Below, piece after piece: positions 28,431 to 38,761 of a stretch of 64,000 bases of DNA. Below the pieces are notes generated by a model. The model saw only the letters and a program-made list of their open reading frames with translations. It had not been told where the DNA came from and did no database searches. Source of the stretch: Candidatus Obscuribacterales bacterium (lineage in GTDB: Bacteria; Cyanobacteriota; Vampirovibrionia; Obscuribacterales; Obscuribacteraceae). Made by a program: the position numbers and the translations under genes. The stretch covers positions 2,112,001 through 2,176,000 of the forward strand of contig CBDDIJ010000003.1 of the NCBI GenBank assembly GCA_965228855.1, read 5' to 3'. Each line of letters begins with the position of its first letter. The stretch's first letter is position 1.

Positions 28431-29681
28431 ATGACTCAAGAACGACCAGACGCAACGATCTCAGATAAAGAAGTTTCAGATTCTCAACCTGAAGCCGGTC
28501 GCGCGAAGAAGCTGATGATTATCGCTGGTGATGTGTCAGCCGACAAGCACGTAGGGCTGGTTCTGGCACGATTGAAGGAATTGGCACCGGATATGGAAAT
28601 CTGGGGCGGAGTCGGCGGCGAGTGTATGAAAGCCGCAGGCGTGGAGTATCTTTACGATCTTCGTGAGATGAACGCTATCGGTCTAACTGAGGTCGTAAAG
28701 CACATTCCTAAGGCGTGGCGGATCGGTCACGCATTGCTCGATTCGATAAGAACGCGAAAACCTGATGTGCTGTTGCTTGTGGACTTCGGCGCTTTCAATT
28801 TGCGCGTTGCAAAAAAAATCAGAAAGGAATTTCCAAATCAGCAAATCGTTTATTTCATCTCTCCGCAAGTCTGGGCGTCGCGGCCGTGGCGCATCAATAC
28901 GGTCGCAGAGACAATCTCTAAAATGCTTGTAATATTTCCTTTCGAGGAGGAACTCTACAAGTCGCGCGGAATCGACGCCAGATTCATCGGACATCCGTTG
29001 ACACAGCAAATCCCGCATGAGAGCGAGCTCATGGGGCGAGACGAATTTGCCCGGAAATACGGTCTGGATCCGAGAAAACCAATCGTTGCAGTCCTGCCCG
29101 GGTCGCGCAAACAAGAGATTAAACAGCACCTCTCGATGTGCCTTCGGGCTGTAGAAGAACTCTATCAGGACCGTCCCGATACACAATTTGTCATATCGAA
29201 AGCCAGTGACGACCTCGATGGTCTGTTTAAGTCCTGCCATGGACGAGAGCGCACCGAAAAGCTGCTGGGCAAAAATCTGGTCTACATCGAGGGTCGCGAC
29301 AACTATAATCTGTTTAATAATGCGGATGTAATTTGGGCAAAATCCGGCACCACGACGCTCGAGGTATCTTTCTTCGGCAAGCCCATGCTCATCTTCTATC
29401 GCGGAAGTTGGCTATCCTTCAGCGCTGTGACAATATTCAAAACCGTTAAGAATGTGGGGCTTCCAAACATACTCGCCGGTCGGACGCTCGTTCCTGAACT
29501 TTTACAACTGGATTGCCGCCCCCAACAACTCGTAAGATATACGCGTGATCTTCTTGATGTCCCCGGATTGCGAAAAGAAATCTCGGAAGAACTCAAATCC
29601 CTGAGACGCTCACTCGGTGACAACGATTACATCACAGCCTGCACCAAGGAACTCCTTGAGACGTTAGAGGTAGCCAATTGA
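28431..29681 (+). CDS. lpxB: Lipid-A-disaccharide synthase
   Basis: 'AGDVSAD', 'VDF..FN', 'SPQVWA', 'IFPFE', 'GHPL', 'LPGSRKQE', 'SGTTTLE', 'LPNIL', 'PELLQ'. Confidence 0.95.
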   Translation: MTQERPDATISDKEVSDSQPEAGRAKKLMIIAGDVSADKHVGLVLARLKELAPDMEIWGGVGGECMKAAGVEYLYDLREMNAIGLTEVVKHIPKAWRIGHALLDSIRTRKPDVLLLVDFGAFNLRVAKKIRKEFPNQQIVYFISPQVWASRPWRINTVAETISKMLVIFPFEEELYKSRGIDARFIGHPLTQQIPHESELMGRDEFARKYGLDPRKPIVAVLPGSRKQEIKQHLSMCLRAVEELYQDRPDTQFVISKASDDLDGLFKSCHGRERTEKLLGKNLVYIEGRDNYNLFNNADVIWAKSGTTTLEVSFFGKPMLIFYRGSWLSFSAVTIFKTVKNVGLPNILAGRTLVPELLQLDCRPQQLVRYTRDLLDVPGLRKEISEELKSLRRSLGDNDYITACTKELLETLEVAN

Positions 29682-31528
29682 CACTCACGACTGAGAAACC
29701 AGCACCTATCGTAGATGCCGAGGCGGAAATCAAAATTGAAAGCAAAGGCGGTAACAAGGTTTTGAACAAACTGCTTTCAGCCAAACATGCGGAACTCTAT
29801 GTTCGCTTACTCGGATATCTGAAGCCATACACGACAGTGTTCGTGATCGGTCTTATCGCCGCGGTGCCATCCGGTGCGATGGATGGCATCATCGCCTTCC
29901 TCGCAGGTCAAGGCTTGCAGAAAATCATCGTTGACGGTCATAAAGAACTGGTTTACCTCATTCCAATCGGCATCCTCGTCGTCGCGCTTGCGCAGGGCGT
30001 GTTCCGATTTCTCGAATCATATTGCATTCGTTACGTGGGCGCCGCCGCCATCCGCGACTTGCGGAATGACTTATTCCAGCATCTGGAACAACAGCCACTG
30101 CTCTATTTCATGCGCCAATCATCAGGTGTGCTGATCGGCAGAATGTTCAACGACGTAAGCATCGTCGAAAACGCAATTGCTCAGACTTTCCAAACAATGA
30201 TAAGCAGGGTCATCACTCTGGTGTCACTATCGGCGGTACTACTATTCCAGAGCTTCTGGCTCAGCGTAATTGCCCTTTCAATTTTGTCGCTCATCGTCGT
30301 GCCGGTATCTGTTCTCGGCAAGAAGATCCGCAAGTCATCGAGAAACAGCCAGCAGAACGTCGGCGATTTGGTATCGGTGCTCTCCGAATCAATTCAGGGT
30401 GCGAAGATCGTTCAATCGTTCAACTTGCAACGGTTTCAAACCGATAGATTCAACTCGACGAATGAGAACTTCCTCGATAACCAGGTGAGAGCCATCAGAG
30501 CAGAAGCGATGATGTCGCCGATTTTGGCGATGATCGGCGCGATCGGCATCGCGGTCGTCGTCTGGGTGGCAGGCTATCAGGTCTTGCACAATCACATGAC
30601 TCTCGGGGCCCTGACCTCTTTCATCATCGCGCTGCTGCTCCTCTATTCGCCCATTAAAAACATCGGTCGAATCAATGGAACGCTCCAACCGGCATTAGCG
30701 GCCGCAGAACGAGTTTTCGAAGTTCTTGACCAGGAGTCAGACTTACAAGAATCACCGATTGCAGTAGAACTGCCGGCAGGTCCTCACAAAATCGAATTTA
30801 AGAATGTTTTCTATCAATATCCGAACAACTCCAACATGGTGCTAAACAACATCAATTGCACCATAGAACCCGGAAAGATGGTCGCTTTAGTTGGATTGTC
30901 GGGTTCCGGAAAATCTACGATTGCAAATCTGGTTCCAAGATACTTTGACCCTATATCCGGTGCTGTCTGCATCGACGGTCGACCGGTGTCCGACTATACG
31001 TTCCACAGTTTGAGACACGAGATCGCAGTTGTCACCCAGGACAACTTCCTGTTCAATACGACCATCGGCGAAAACATCAGATTAGGTAAGCTCGATGCCA
31101 CCGCCGAAGATGTCATAAATGCTGCTAAATCCGCTTACTGTCACGACTTCATCTCTGAACTTCCACAAGGTTACAACACCGAGATCGGCGAGCGCGGGGT
31201 GCGACTATCCGGCGGTCAGCAACAACGCGTGGCCATCGCCCGAGCGATTTTGAAAAACGCGCCAATCCTGATTCTGGACGAAGCGACCAGTGCGCTGGAC
31301 AACGAATCGGAAGCGATAGTTCAGGAAGCACTCAACAATTTGATGAAGGGACGCACCGTAATTGTCATCGCGCACAGACTCTCCACCGTTCGCCACGCAG
31401 ATGAGATTCTCGTACTCGATAAGGGCGAAATCATTGAGCAAGGCAGCCATGAAGAGCTCGTGAAAAGCGATCAAACATACGCTCGCCTCTTGCAAGCGCA
31501 GTTTGAACGTCCCGGCGTGTCCGGCTAG
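29678..31528 (+). CDS. msbA: MsbA-type ABC exporter (lipid A flippase)
   Basis: ABC TM domain plus NBD ('GLSGSGKST', 'LSGGQQQR', 'ILDEATSALD', 'AHRLST'). Overlaps the lpxB stop. Confidence 0.88.
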   Translation: MTLTTEKPAPIVDAEAEIKIESKGGNKVLNKLLSAKHAELYVRLLGYLKPYTTVFVIGLIAAVPSGAMDGIIAFLAGQGLQKIIVDGHKELVYLIPIGILVVALAQGVFRFLESYCIRYVGAAAIRDLRNDLFQHLEQQPLLYFMRQSSGVLIGRMFNDVSIVENAIAQTFQTMISRVITLVSLSAVLLFQSFWLSVIALSILSLIVVPVSVLGKKIRKSSRNSQQNVGDLVSVLSESIQGAKIVQSFNLQRFQTDRFNSTNENFLDNQVRAIRAEAMMSPILAMIGAIGIAVVVWVAGYQVLHNHMTLGALTSFIIALLLLYSPIKNIGRINGTLQPALAAAERVFEVLDQESDLQESPIAVELPAGPHKIEFKNVFYQYPNNSNMVLNNINCTIEPGKMVALVGLSGSGKSTIANLVPRYFDPISGAVCIDGRPVSDYTFHSLRHEIAVVTQDNFLFNTTIGENIRLGKLDATAEDVINAAKSAYCHDFISELPQGYNTEIGERGVRLSGGQQQRVAIARAILKNAPILILDEATSALDNESEAIVQEALNNLMKGRTVIVIAHRLSTVRHADEILVLDKGEIIEQGSHEELVKSDQTYARLLQAQFERPGVSG

Positions 31529-31792
31529 TCGCCCCTCAGAACGACGATCTGCTCGAAATTAATGGCGCGCCTGGTCCTGTTTTTAGCGATCAAGTCTCGA
31601 GACATGGGCAGTTCGGCATACGAGAAAACGATGAGTACCCGCTAGAATTTCGCTTTCGTCATCCAATCGGATGTGATTAATACGAAATATAAGAAATCTA
31701 TCATTCGCAAACTCTTTACATCATCTCCCCAGTGACGACAATAAATAACAGAGGTACCGAGTCCTCACGCCGAAGCCTTGAAGGTGCACAGA

Positions 31793-33001
31793 ATGTCCAA
31801 ACGCAGGAAGACGACCCAATCTAACGCAATACCGGGTCAACAGACAAAGACCAGACTTTCAAAAGCCCTGGGGGCGGCCGGCTTGACCAGACCGAACTCC
31901 GAGACGCCTGCGCCAACCTACTTTGACTTTGCACCGGATGCCGAGCAGCCGATAGCAATGACTCAGGCACAAGCAGCGAAGACGGTTGAAATCGAATCGG
32001 TCCCTACACAACAACCAGAGTTGGCTAAGACAGTTGAGATCGAGAGACTTGCGCCGCAAGAAATTTCACCTCAAAGCGAGGAGTTGCCGGCAAGCACCGG
32101 ATTGCAGCCCATGACGGCGCCGGAACCGTGGCTTCGCATGTTCAATCATCACAGTGCGCCATCTTTTCCGCAGCTTCCCGGAGCCCAGTTGCCGAACTTT
32201 CAGGAGACTTCGCTGTCTTCGCGTCAATCGCCCGGGTTTCAAGCGCCCGGATTTCAACCATCACACACACCGGCATCAGCACGTTTTTCAGCCCCCCTGA
32301 GCGAAGGGCGCCTGCCTGAAGAGCATCTCCCGGAAGCGCCACCGCCCGCGGTGATGGATACATTGACCCTCGTGGATTTCAAACCAGGTCCGGTTGATGT
32401 AAAAGAAACAGTTGCGACGCCTGAACCCGCAGAAGAACCGGCTTCAGCTCCTCTTCCTCGACGCAAGACACGAATGACCCTCGTTCAGGAATTTGACATC
32501 ACTAAATTGATAGCTGAAACGGAAACACAATCTCAAAAGGTAATTCCAATTGAAACCGTCGATGATTTCAACGCGGCCATGCATTACTTCACTGGACAGG
32601 CAGAAGGTCGTACCTATACAGCTGAGTTAAGATTCCGCGCGTCGTTTACACCTATACAGGACATGAAGGTGACGAGCGAACCGGAGGCGGCAAGCGTCAC
32701 GGACGACAACGACTGGATTGTCGCGGACAACGTATTCTCGCCGGCAGCGAGTGAAGCACCACGGGTAGCACCACCGGCAAACTCTGGATTCAATATGCTG
32801 GATCTGATCGATGAAAGTTATCGTACAATTCCAGCAAATCCGACGTTCTCTCAATCGCGTCAGGGACAGGTCGGACTATCCGTCGACTGGTCGCAGCCGA
32901 TTGCCAAGCTACCTGCGGTGCAAGAGGGGCTAATGGGCGGAATTTCCGGCAATACCAAAGGCAATGGCGCACAGTACAAGAACCACTGGTCAAAGAGATA
33001 A
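31793..33001 (+). CDS. Hypothetical Pro/Ser/Glu-rich, largely disordered protein
   Basis: Long ORF with an internal duplication 'AKTVEIE' x2. No recognised domain. Confidence 0.6.
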   Translation: MSKRRKTTQSNAIPGQQTKTRLSKALGAAGLTRPNSETPAPTYFDFAPDAEQPIAMTQAQAAKTVEIESVPTQQPELAKTVEIERLAPQEISPQSEELPASTGLQPMTAPEPWLRMFNHHSAPSFPQLPGAQLPNFQETSLSSRQSPGFQAPGFQPSHTPASARFSAPLSEGRLPEEHLPEAPPPAVMDTLTLVDFKPGPVDVKETVATPEPAEEPASAPLPRRKTRMTLVQEFDITKLIAETETQSQKVIPIETVDDFNAAMHYFTGQAEGRTYTAELRFRASFTPIQDMKVTSEPEAASVTDDNDWIVADNVFSPAASEAPRVAPPANSGFNMLDLIDESYRTIPANPTFSQSRQGQVGLSVDWSQPIAKLPAVQEGLMGGISGNTKGNGAQYKNHWSKR

Positions 33002-33014
33002 CTGGAATCGCTCT

Positions 33015-34118
33015 ATGTCTGGATTTTTAACGTCTGTGTTCTCGCGCGGCGCATGTTCGCTGCTTCTTGCTGTAGGCGTGTCTGTTTCAAACACACTCGT
33101 TAATCCGGTAGAAGCACGCGGCAGCGCTGAGAAAAGCGGTAAAACGAACCACAAGGCGAAAGATTCACGTCCGGCCTTTATGATGTTCCAACAGTTCAAG
33201 CGTGAATCTGATGGACCAGTCTTATCTCCGCGCAGCGGCAAATTCGACAGTGTCGGAGCCTTCAATCCGACTGTGGTGAAGAAGAAAAACGGACACTTCG
33301 TGATGCTTTATCGCGGTCAAGACGACAAAGGCGTTTCCCGAATAGGATATGCGGAAAGTGAAGATGGAATTCATTTCAAACCTCATGAGCAACCGGTTTT
33401 AGAGCCCACCCGCGACGATGAGAAGAATGGCATCGAGGATCCTCGCCTGACTCCAAGCCTGAGCGAAAAAGGCGCATGGGATTTGACTGCCACCATATAC
33501 AATACTGACGCGCAGCTGGCACTGTTTCGTTCCAAAGACTTGAAGAACTGGAAACGCATCACCGTCATGATGCCGGCAAAACGCGGTAATTGGAATGTCA
33601 ACTGGACAAAGTCGGGAGCGATTGTTCCGATTAAGGTAAAAGGCAAGTTCTGGATGTACTACATGGGCGATGCAAAAAACGTGACAGATCAAACAGGTGT
33701 AGCCTGGTCGAAAGACGGCGTCAACTGGCAGGATGCAACTGACGCGCCGGTTCTGCGCCGGCGCGCTGGAAAGTTTGACTCAAAGGTAGTAGAGCCCGGA
33801 CCTGCACCGATTGTCACCGCTGATGGTATCTTGCTTCTGTACAATGGCGGAGACGATGATCTCACATACCGCACTGGCTGGGCGCTTTTCGATAAGAAAA
33901 ATCCGGCGAGGCTACTTGCAAGATCAGATACCCCCATATTCGAACCTCAAATGGAATGGGAGAAGAAAACCACATCATCGACGATACATCAGGCACCGAA
34001 TGTGGTGTTTGTCGAAGGTTTGGTCAAAGATGGCAAGCGGTATCTGGTCTATTACGGAGCGGCTGACTGCCGTGTCGGCGTCGCCTCCTGCGTGCTAGAA
34101 TCTGTCCCCGGAAATTAG
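33015..34118 (+). CDS. Exported GH130-family glycosidase (five-bladed beta-propeller)
   Basis: Signal-like N-terminus. 'FNP', 'MLYRG', 'SRIGYAES.DG', 'GIEDPR', 'WTKSG', 'VEPGP', 'NVVFVEG', 'YYGAAD'. Confidence 0.88.
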   Translation: MSGFLTSVFSRGACSLLLAVGVSVSNTLVNPVEARGSAEKSGKTNHKAKDSRPAFMMFQQFKRESDGPVLSPRSGKFDSVGAFNPTVVKKKNGHFVMLYRGQDDKGVSRIGYAESEDGIHFKPHEQPVLEPTRDDEKNGIEDPRLTPSLSEKGAWDLTATIYNTDAQLALFRSKDLKNWKRITVMMPAKRGNWNVNWTKSGAIVPIKVKGKFWMYYMGDAKNVTDQTGVAWSKDGVNWQDATDAPVLRRRAGKFDSKVVEPGPAPIVTADGILLLYNGGDDDLTYRTGWALFDKKNPARLLARSDTPIFEPQMEWEKKTTSSTIHQAPNVVFVEGLVKDGKRYLVYYGAADCRVGVASCVLESVPGN

Positions 34119-34161
34119 CTTTCACGTCACTTGGAAAGTGGCTTCGAAGGAGAGTCTGACT

Positions 34162-34704
34162 ATGCCGCATACGATTGAATCCGCAAAAACAGGTCGCGCT
34201 AACTGCAGAACCTGCAAGACTACGATTGACAAGGGAACGCTGCGTTTCGGGGAAGAAGTTCCCAACGCCTTCTCGCCGGGAGAAATGACCTTTCAGTGGC
34301 ACCATCTACCCTGCGCAGCGGAGAAGAAGCCATCAGCGCTCAAACAAGCCCTTGAATCGACAGATGTGGAAGTAGCAGACAAGGAAGAGTTGTTAAAAAC
34401 AATTGCCGTCACCGGCAAGAAAGAAAAACCATCCACATTTCCCTACGCGGAGCATGCGCCGACCGGCCGAGCCTCTTGTATGGCTTGCAGCGAAAAGATC
34501 GAAAAGGGCGACTTACGAGTCGCAGTTGAGAAAGAAGTTGAAGCCGGCGGTTTCGCACAACGCGGCGCCGGATATTTGCATCCGGCGTGTGCTCCGGAGC
34601 ATACTGAAGAAGACGCAGTCGACCTCTTCGAAAAGATCAAAGCAAATACGCTGAATCTCGAAGAGGATGAACTCGCGGCCCTTGAAGAAGAGATGTGTGG
34701 CTAA
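34162..34704 (+). CDS. Stand-alone protein with two PARP-type zinc fingers
   Basis: 'E.AKTGRANCRTC...I.KG.LR...WHHLPC' and 'E.APTGRASCMAC..KIEKG.LR...YLHPAC'. ATG follows AAGGAG. Confidence 0.85.
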   Translation: MPHTIESAKTGRANCRTCKTTIDKGTLRFGEEVPNAFSPGEMTFQWHHLPCAAEKKPSALKQALESTDVEVADKEELLKTIAVTGKKEKPSTFPYAEHAPTGRASCMACSEKIEKGDLRVAVEKEVEAGGFAQRGAGYLHPACAPEHTEEDAVDLFEKIKANTLNLEEDELAALEEEMCG

Positions 34705-35194
34705 AGTGGAGACTTTAAAACTTCCAGCACATGATTTTCTGGATCAACACAACATCCCGTACGAGATCATGACCTTTCCTGACACGACGGAGAAAGGCGC
34801 AGCAGCTGTCGCTTCTGCTCTTGGATTTCGAGAACGCCAGATGGTGAAGACGCTCATTTTTCAAACCGACAAAGGCGAGAAAGCCTTGATAATGGTGGGA
34901 GCGGACCAGAACGCGATCTCGGGAAAACTAAAGAAAGCGCTGGGCTCGAGAAATATTTCGATGGCGCCACCAGATGTGGTGAAAGAGACGACCGGGTATG
35001 TGGTCGGTTCGATTCCACCATTTCACTGGCAACCAGAAGGTTTTCGAAATTTCCTGGACGAATCGCTGATGCTCGAAGAGAAGCTGGGTGTCGGAGCGGG
35101 TGTCTGGGGTAACGAAATCATCATTACACCGGCAAACCTGGTCGCGGCGACCAAAGCCACCGTTCTAAATCTCTGCACTCCCGACTCGCAGTGA
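34697..35194 (+). CDS. ybaK: YbaK/EbsC aminoacyl-tRNA deacylase
   Basis: 'VKTL', 'TGYVVGSIPP', 'GAG..G.EI'. Overlaps the zinc-finger gene stop. Confidence 0.88.
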   Translation: MAKVETLKLPAHDFLDQHNIPYEIMTFPDTTEKGAAAVASALGFRERQMVKTLIFQTDKGEKALIMVGADQNAISGKLKKALGSRNISMAPPDVVKETTGYVVGSIPPFHWQPEGFRNFLDESLMLEEKLGVGAGVWGNEIIITPANLVAATKATVLNLCTPDSQ

Positions 35195-35198
35195 AACC

Positions 35199-37001
35199 TC
35201 AGGCTCCATGCCCGCCGTAAAGCTGCTTCAGCCGAGAGAAACAATTAGTTAGCCAGTTTCCAGCACTGCCACTATCGGTAGAGCCGCGTTCACTTCGAGT
35301 CGGAGGTTGAACAGCTGAAATAGAAACAGTGTTTTTACCGCGACGCTTACTGGACTTCAAGCCGGACTTCGTAAGCTCGAGAACCTGCTCGAGAGTTTCG
35401 ACCTCGTAAGGCAGAGTGGCAACGCCCAAACTGGTTGTCGCTTTGATAAGTTGTCCGTTCTTCTGAATCAAAGAATCTGCAACTGAAGAACGAATGCGCT
35501 CGGCGATTTGAGCGCCTTGTTCGAGAGAAGTTGAGGGAAGGAAGACGATGAACTCATCGCCGCCGACCCGTCCGACCCAGTCAGAAGCACGCACAGCGTC
35601 CTGCAGAATGTTCGAGACGGTCTTCAATACCAGGTCTCCGGCGGCGTGACCATGGGTGTCATTTATTCCTTTAAAGTTATCGAGATCGATAACAATTCCA
35701 ACGACCTCATCGCCATTGCGTCGCGCAAGGGAAAGCTCACGGATCAGAACGCTTTCCAGACCGCGCCTGTTCAGCAAGCCCGTCAGTGGATCGGTTTTCA
35801 CAAGCTGCTCCAGTCGCGTGCTCGACTCCTCCAATTTTGAGACCATCGCCTTTAAACGCTGCTCTGTTGTCTTTTGCGTCGTGAGGTCTGTAAATATATG
35901 AATGTAGTACTGAACTGAGGCGTCCTCGAACTCGCTAGTCGCGACTGAAACCGGAACTTTCGCGCCGTTTGCGCCGTGAATGTAGCATTCGATCTCAGTA
36001 CCTGCCTCTATGCTCTGCCCGCCCAGAGTCGGGATCGCGCTGCGAATGTTTCGACCTAAAAAAGTCGACTTATTGCAGCCGAACATATTTTCTGCCGCTC
36101 GGTTCGTGAATTCGATAGTACCATCTGCGGTGGTAATGAAAATCGGTCGGGGAGCATTCTCCATAAAATGATTGACCAGCATCGCTGATGCTCCATTCAC
36201 GGAAGATGATTTGCCACCATTCATTTCCCATTCCGCCATTCTTGTATGCAGTCGCGCTTGAGTCGACCGCGGATTCGGAGACGATTGACCAAAACCAAGC
36301 TCTTTCTTGATCTCGAGCCATGCGGGGTTCTGTCCCAGCAGGCTTCTCGCACCGTTATCTGAATGATGTAATTCGGGGCCATTTTGTTGCGACCCGGCGA
36401 CAATTAAATGTCGAAGTTTGTTAGGAACAAGCAAAACGTCGCCGGACATAGCCAACTTCAACTCGGAGACAATTCGCGGTATCGCGTCTGTTGATGCGTG
36501 TTTACAAAGAAAGGCGCTGCAACCTTTCGCAAGAGCTTCCTTGCCGTCCTCAGAGTCGTCAGAATTCGTCAACATAATTATAGGACCGGTAAATCCGACC
36601 TGGTTGCGCAACTTATCTAAGATGATCAACCCGATGCGCTCGTCCACATCGTGCTTCTGATTGGCTTCGTACGGCAGCATGACGTCCAGGATGATGGCGT
36701 TTATGGACTTCATATTGTCGCCGTCTGAACACCAGCGCTTCGCTTCCAGGTACGACCCACACCGTTTGACGATGTTAATGTCGCCTTCTTCCGTCAAGAA
36801 ATCGCACAAGCTGTCGCGGAAAAATTCATCGTCATCAATGATTAACACGTTGGTGGCTGGTGCCTTGCGCTTCATCGGAATGACCTTATTGTTTCCAGTA
36901 GAAGTTCCAGCGCGCTCGCTGGAGTAGCCATACATCATTGTTAGTAAACCCGTCCGAATATGACCTAACAGAGCCAAAGCTAAGATATCCAGGGTGCCCA
37001 T
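35199..37001 (-). CDS. REC-PAS-GGDEF diguanylate cyclase (true start probably 36875-36938)
   Basis: REC with DDD, phospho-Asp ('ILDV'), T and K. 'DPLTGLLNRR', 'DLDNFKGINDTHGHAAGD', I-site RASD and intact GGDEF. Confidence 0.92.
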   Translation of the reverse strand: MGTLDILALALLGHIRTGLLTMMYGYSSERAGTSTGNNKVIPMKRKAPATNVLIIDDDEFFRDSLCDFLTEEGDINIVKRCGSYLEAKRWCSDGDNMKSINAIILDVMLPYEANQKHDVDERIGLIILDKLRNQVGFTGPIIMLTNSDDSEDGKEALAKGCSAFLCKHASTDAIPRIVSELKLAMSGDVLLVPNKLRHLIVAGSQQNGPELHHSDNGARSLLGQNPAWLEIKKELGFGQSSPNPRSTQARLHTRMAEWEMNGGKSSSVNGASAMLVNHFMENAPRPIFITTADGTIEFTNRAAENMFGCNKSTFLGRNIRSAIPTLGGQSIEAGTEIECYIHGANGAKVPVSVATSEFEDASVQYYIHIFTDLTTQKTTEQRLKAMVSKLEESSTRLEQLVKTDPLTGLLNRRGLESVLIRELSLARRNGDEVVGIVIDLDNFKGINDTHGHAAGDLVLKTVSNILQDAVRASDWVGRVGGDEFIVFLPSTSLEQGAQIAERIRSSVADSLIQKNGQLIKATTSLGVATLPYEVETLEQVLELTKSGLKSSKRRGKNTVSISAVQPPTRSERGSTDSGSAGNWLTNCFSRLKQLYGGHGA

Positions 37002-37195
37002 AAAAGTCAGTTAGCGTAGATGCAGGCGCATGATGTCGAGCCTGCACATTAAATTGCGCAGGCAAAAATCGGCGAGAAGGCGCGACCATCAGCTTCACGG
37101 AGCTTGCGCGCGCGGACGAATCCGCGACGCATTCACCCTTGAGAGCGCTGAGTTGTAGCCTCGAGCAGGCCGGTTTTAAACGGAATGTACGCGCT

Positions 37196-38761
37196 TTAAA
37201 CGGGATGTACGCCGTGCTTTTTGTTGACCGGCGTCATTTCTTTCGTCGCATAGGCATTGAAACGATCGATTAGTTCGTTTCGCAGATTATTCGGCGTGAC
37301 CATTTGATCGACAACCATCTCGGCAGCGAGTTTATAGATATCGACGTCTTCGCGATACTCGTTGCGCTTCTGCTCTACGAATTCGGCGCGTTCCTTGGGA
37401 TCGCTTATTTCCATAATCTTATTGAAGAAAACAGCATTGACTGCCGCTTCCGGTCCCATTACCGCGATCCACGCCGTCGGTAAAGCCAGACAAACGTCAG
37501 GTTCGAACGCCGGTCCGCACATGGCATAGAGACCAGCCCCATAAGCCTTTCTAATGACGACCGAGATTTTGGGAACGCTCGCGGCCGACATCGCGGAAAT
37601 CATTTTCGCGCCGGCTCGGATGATCCCATCGCGCTCGACCTTGGTTCCAATCATGAAACCAGGAACATCAGCGAGGAACAACAACGGAATATTGAAGGCG
37701 TCGCAAAGGTACATGAAACGCGCACCTTTGTCGGCGGAGTCGACGAACAAAACGCCGCCCTTAGCCTTCGGCTGATTGGCTAATATGCCGACCGCGCGTC
37801 CGCCAATTCGTGCAAAACCTGTGATCAACTCGGGCGCCCAGAGTTTCTTCATCTCGAAGAACGAGTCCTTATCTATGATGCGGTCGATGACTTGCATCAT
37901 GTCGAAAGGAACGTTTTCCTTCTCGGGAATTACTTGCTCCATTGTTTTCTCGAATTCTTTTGCATCGAGCGGCGGCTGCACATCAACTGGAGCATGGCAG
38001 TTCGACGGCATGAAGCTCAAGTATTTCTTGCAGAGTTCAATCGCTTCTTCTTCGCTTTGAACCAAAACATCACCGACTCCACTGACCGAGCAGTGCATGC
38101 GCGCGCCACCCATTTCTTCAAGCGAAACTTTCTCGCCAATGACCATTTCAGCCATGCGTGGCGAACCCAGATACATTGATGCGCGACCTTCGTTCATAAT
38201 GACGATGTCGCAGAATGCCGGAATGTAAGCGCCGCCTGCAGCGGACGGTCCGAACAAGAGACAGATCTGGGGAATGTATCCGCTCAATTCGACCTGATTG
38301 TAGAAAATCTTGCCGGCACCTCTTCTGCCTGGAAACATCTCGACCTGGTCGGTAATGCGTGCTCCGGCCGAATCGACGAGATAAATCAACGGTACTCGAA
38401 GTTTTTTGGCGGTTTCCTGAATACGAATGATCTTCTCGACTGTCCTCCAGCCCCAGGAGCCGGCTTTTATGGTTGAGTCGTTCGCCATGAAACAAACGGT
38501 TTTGCCTTGAATTTTGCCGACACCACATATGACACCATCGGCAGCCAATCCCTTATCGAGATTATTGGCGAATGCTCCATCTTCTACTTCAAAGCCAGGA
38601 TCGAGCAACAAGCGAAGACGCTCTCTGGCGAAGAGCTTTTTCTCTTCCTTGAGCTTTTCGTGGTACTTAGGAGCGCCACCAGCCTTGATGCGCTGATGTT
38701 CTTTCTCGAGTTTTTCGCTCTTGCTCTCTGTAACCTTCTCGTCCTTCACTTTGACTTCCAT
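37196..38761 (-). CDS. Acyl-CoA carboxylase carboxyltransferase (beta) subunit, MCC/YngE-like
   Basis: 'ARERLRLLLD', 'DSAGARI', 'AAGGAY', 'EEMGGA.MH', 'DVPGFMIG', 'RKAYGAG', 'KKHG.HPV'. Confidence 0.93.
   Translation of the reverse strand: MEVKVKDEKVTESKSEKLEKEHQRIKAGGAPKYHEKLKEEKKLFARERLRLLLDPGFEVEDGAFANNLDKGLAADGVICGVGKIQGKTVCFMANDSTIKAGSWGWRTVEKIIRIQETAKKLRVPLIYLVDSAGARITDQVEMFPGRRGAGKIFYNQVELSGYIPQICLLFGPSAAGGAYIPAFCDIVIMNEGRASMYLGSPRMAEMVIGEKVSLEEMGGARMHCSVSGVGDVLVQSEEEAIELCKKYLSFMPSNCHAPVDVQPPLDAKEFEKTMEQVIPEKENVPFDMMQVIDRIIDKDSFFEMKKLWAPELITGFARIGGRAVGILANQPKAKGGVLFVDSADKGARFMYLCDAFNIPLLFLADVPGFMIGTKVERDGIIRAGAKMISAMSAASVPKISVVIRKAYGAGLYAMCGPAFEPDVCLALPTAWIAVMGPEAAVNAVFFNKIMEISDPKERAEFVEQKRNEYREDVDIYKLAAEMVVDQMVTPNNLRNELIDRFNAYATKEMTPVNKKHGVHPV

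Noticed and set aside
34168..34181. Third SOS-box copy (CATAC-gatt-GAATC) at the PARP-finger gene
   Set aside because: Two mismatches in one half-site, inside the coding region, and no flanking promoter.
35006..35020. tRNA-like GGTTCGATTCC-ACCA
   Set aside because: Lies within the ybaK coding sequence (GSIPP). No acceptor, D or anticodon stems.
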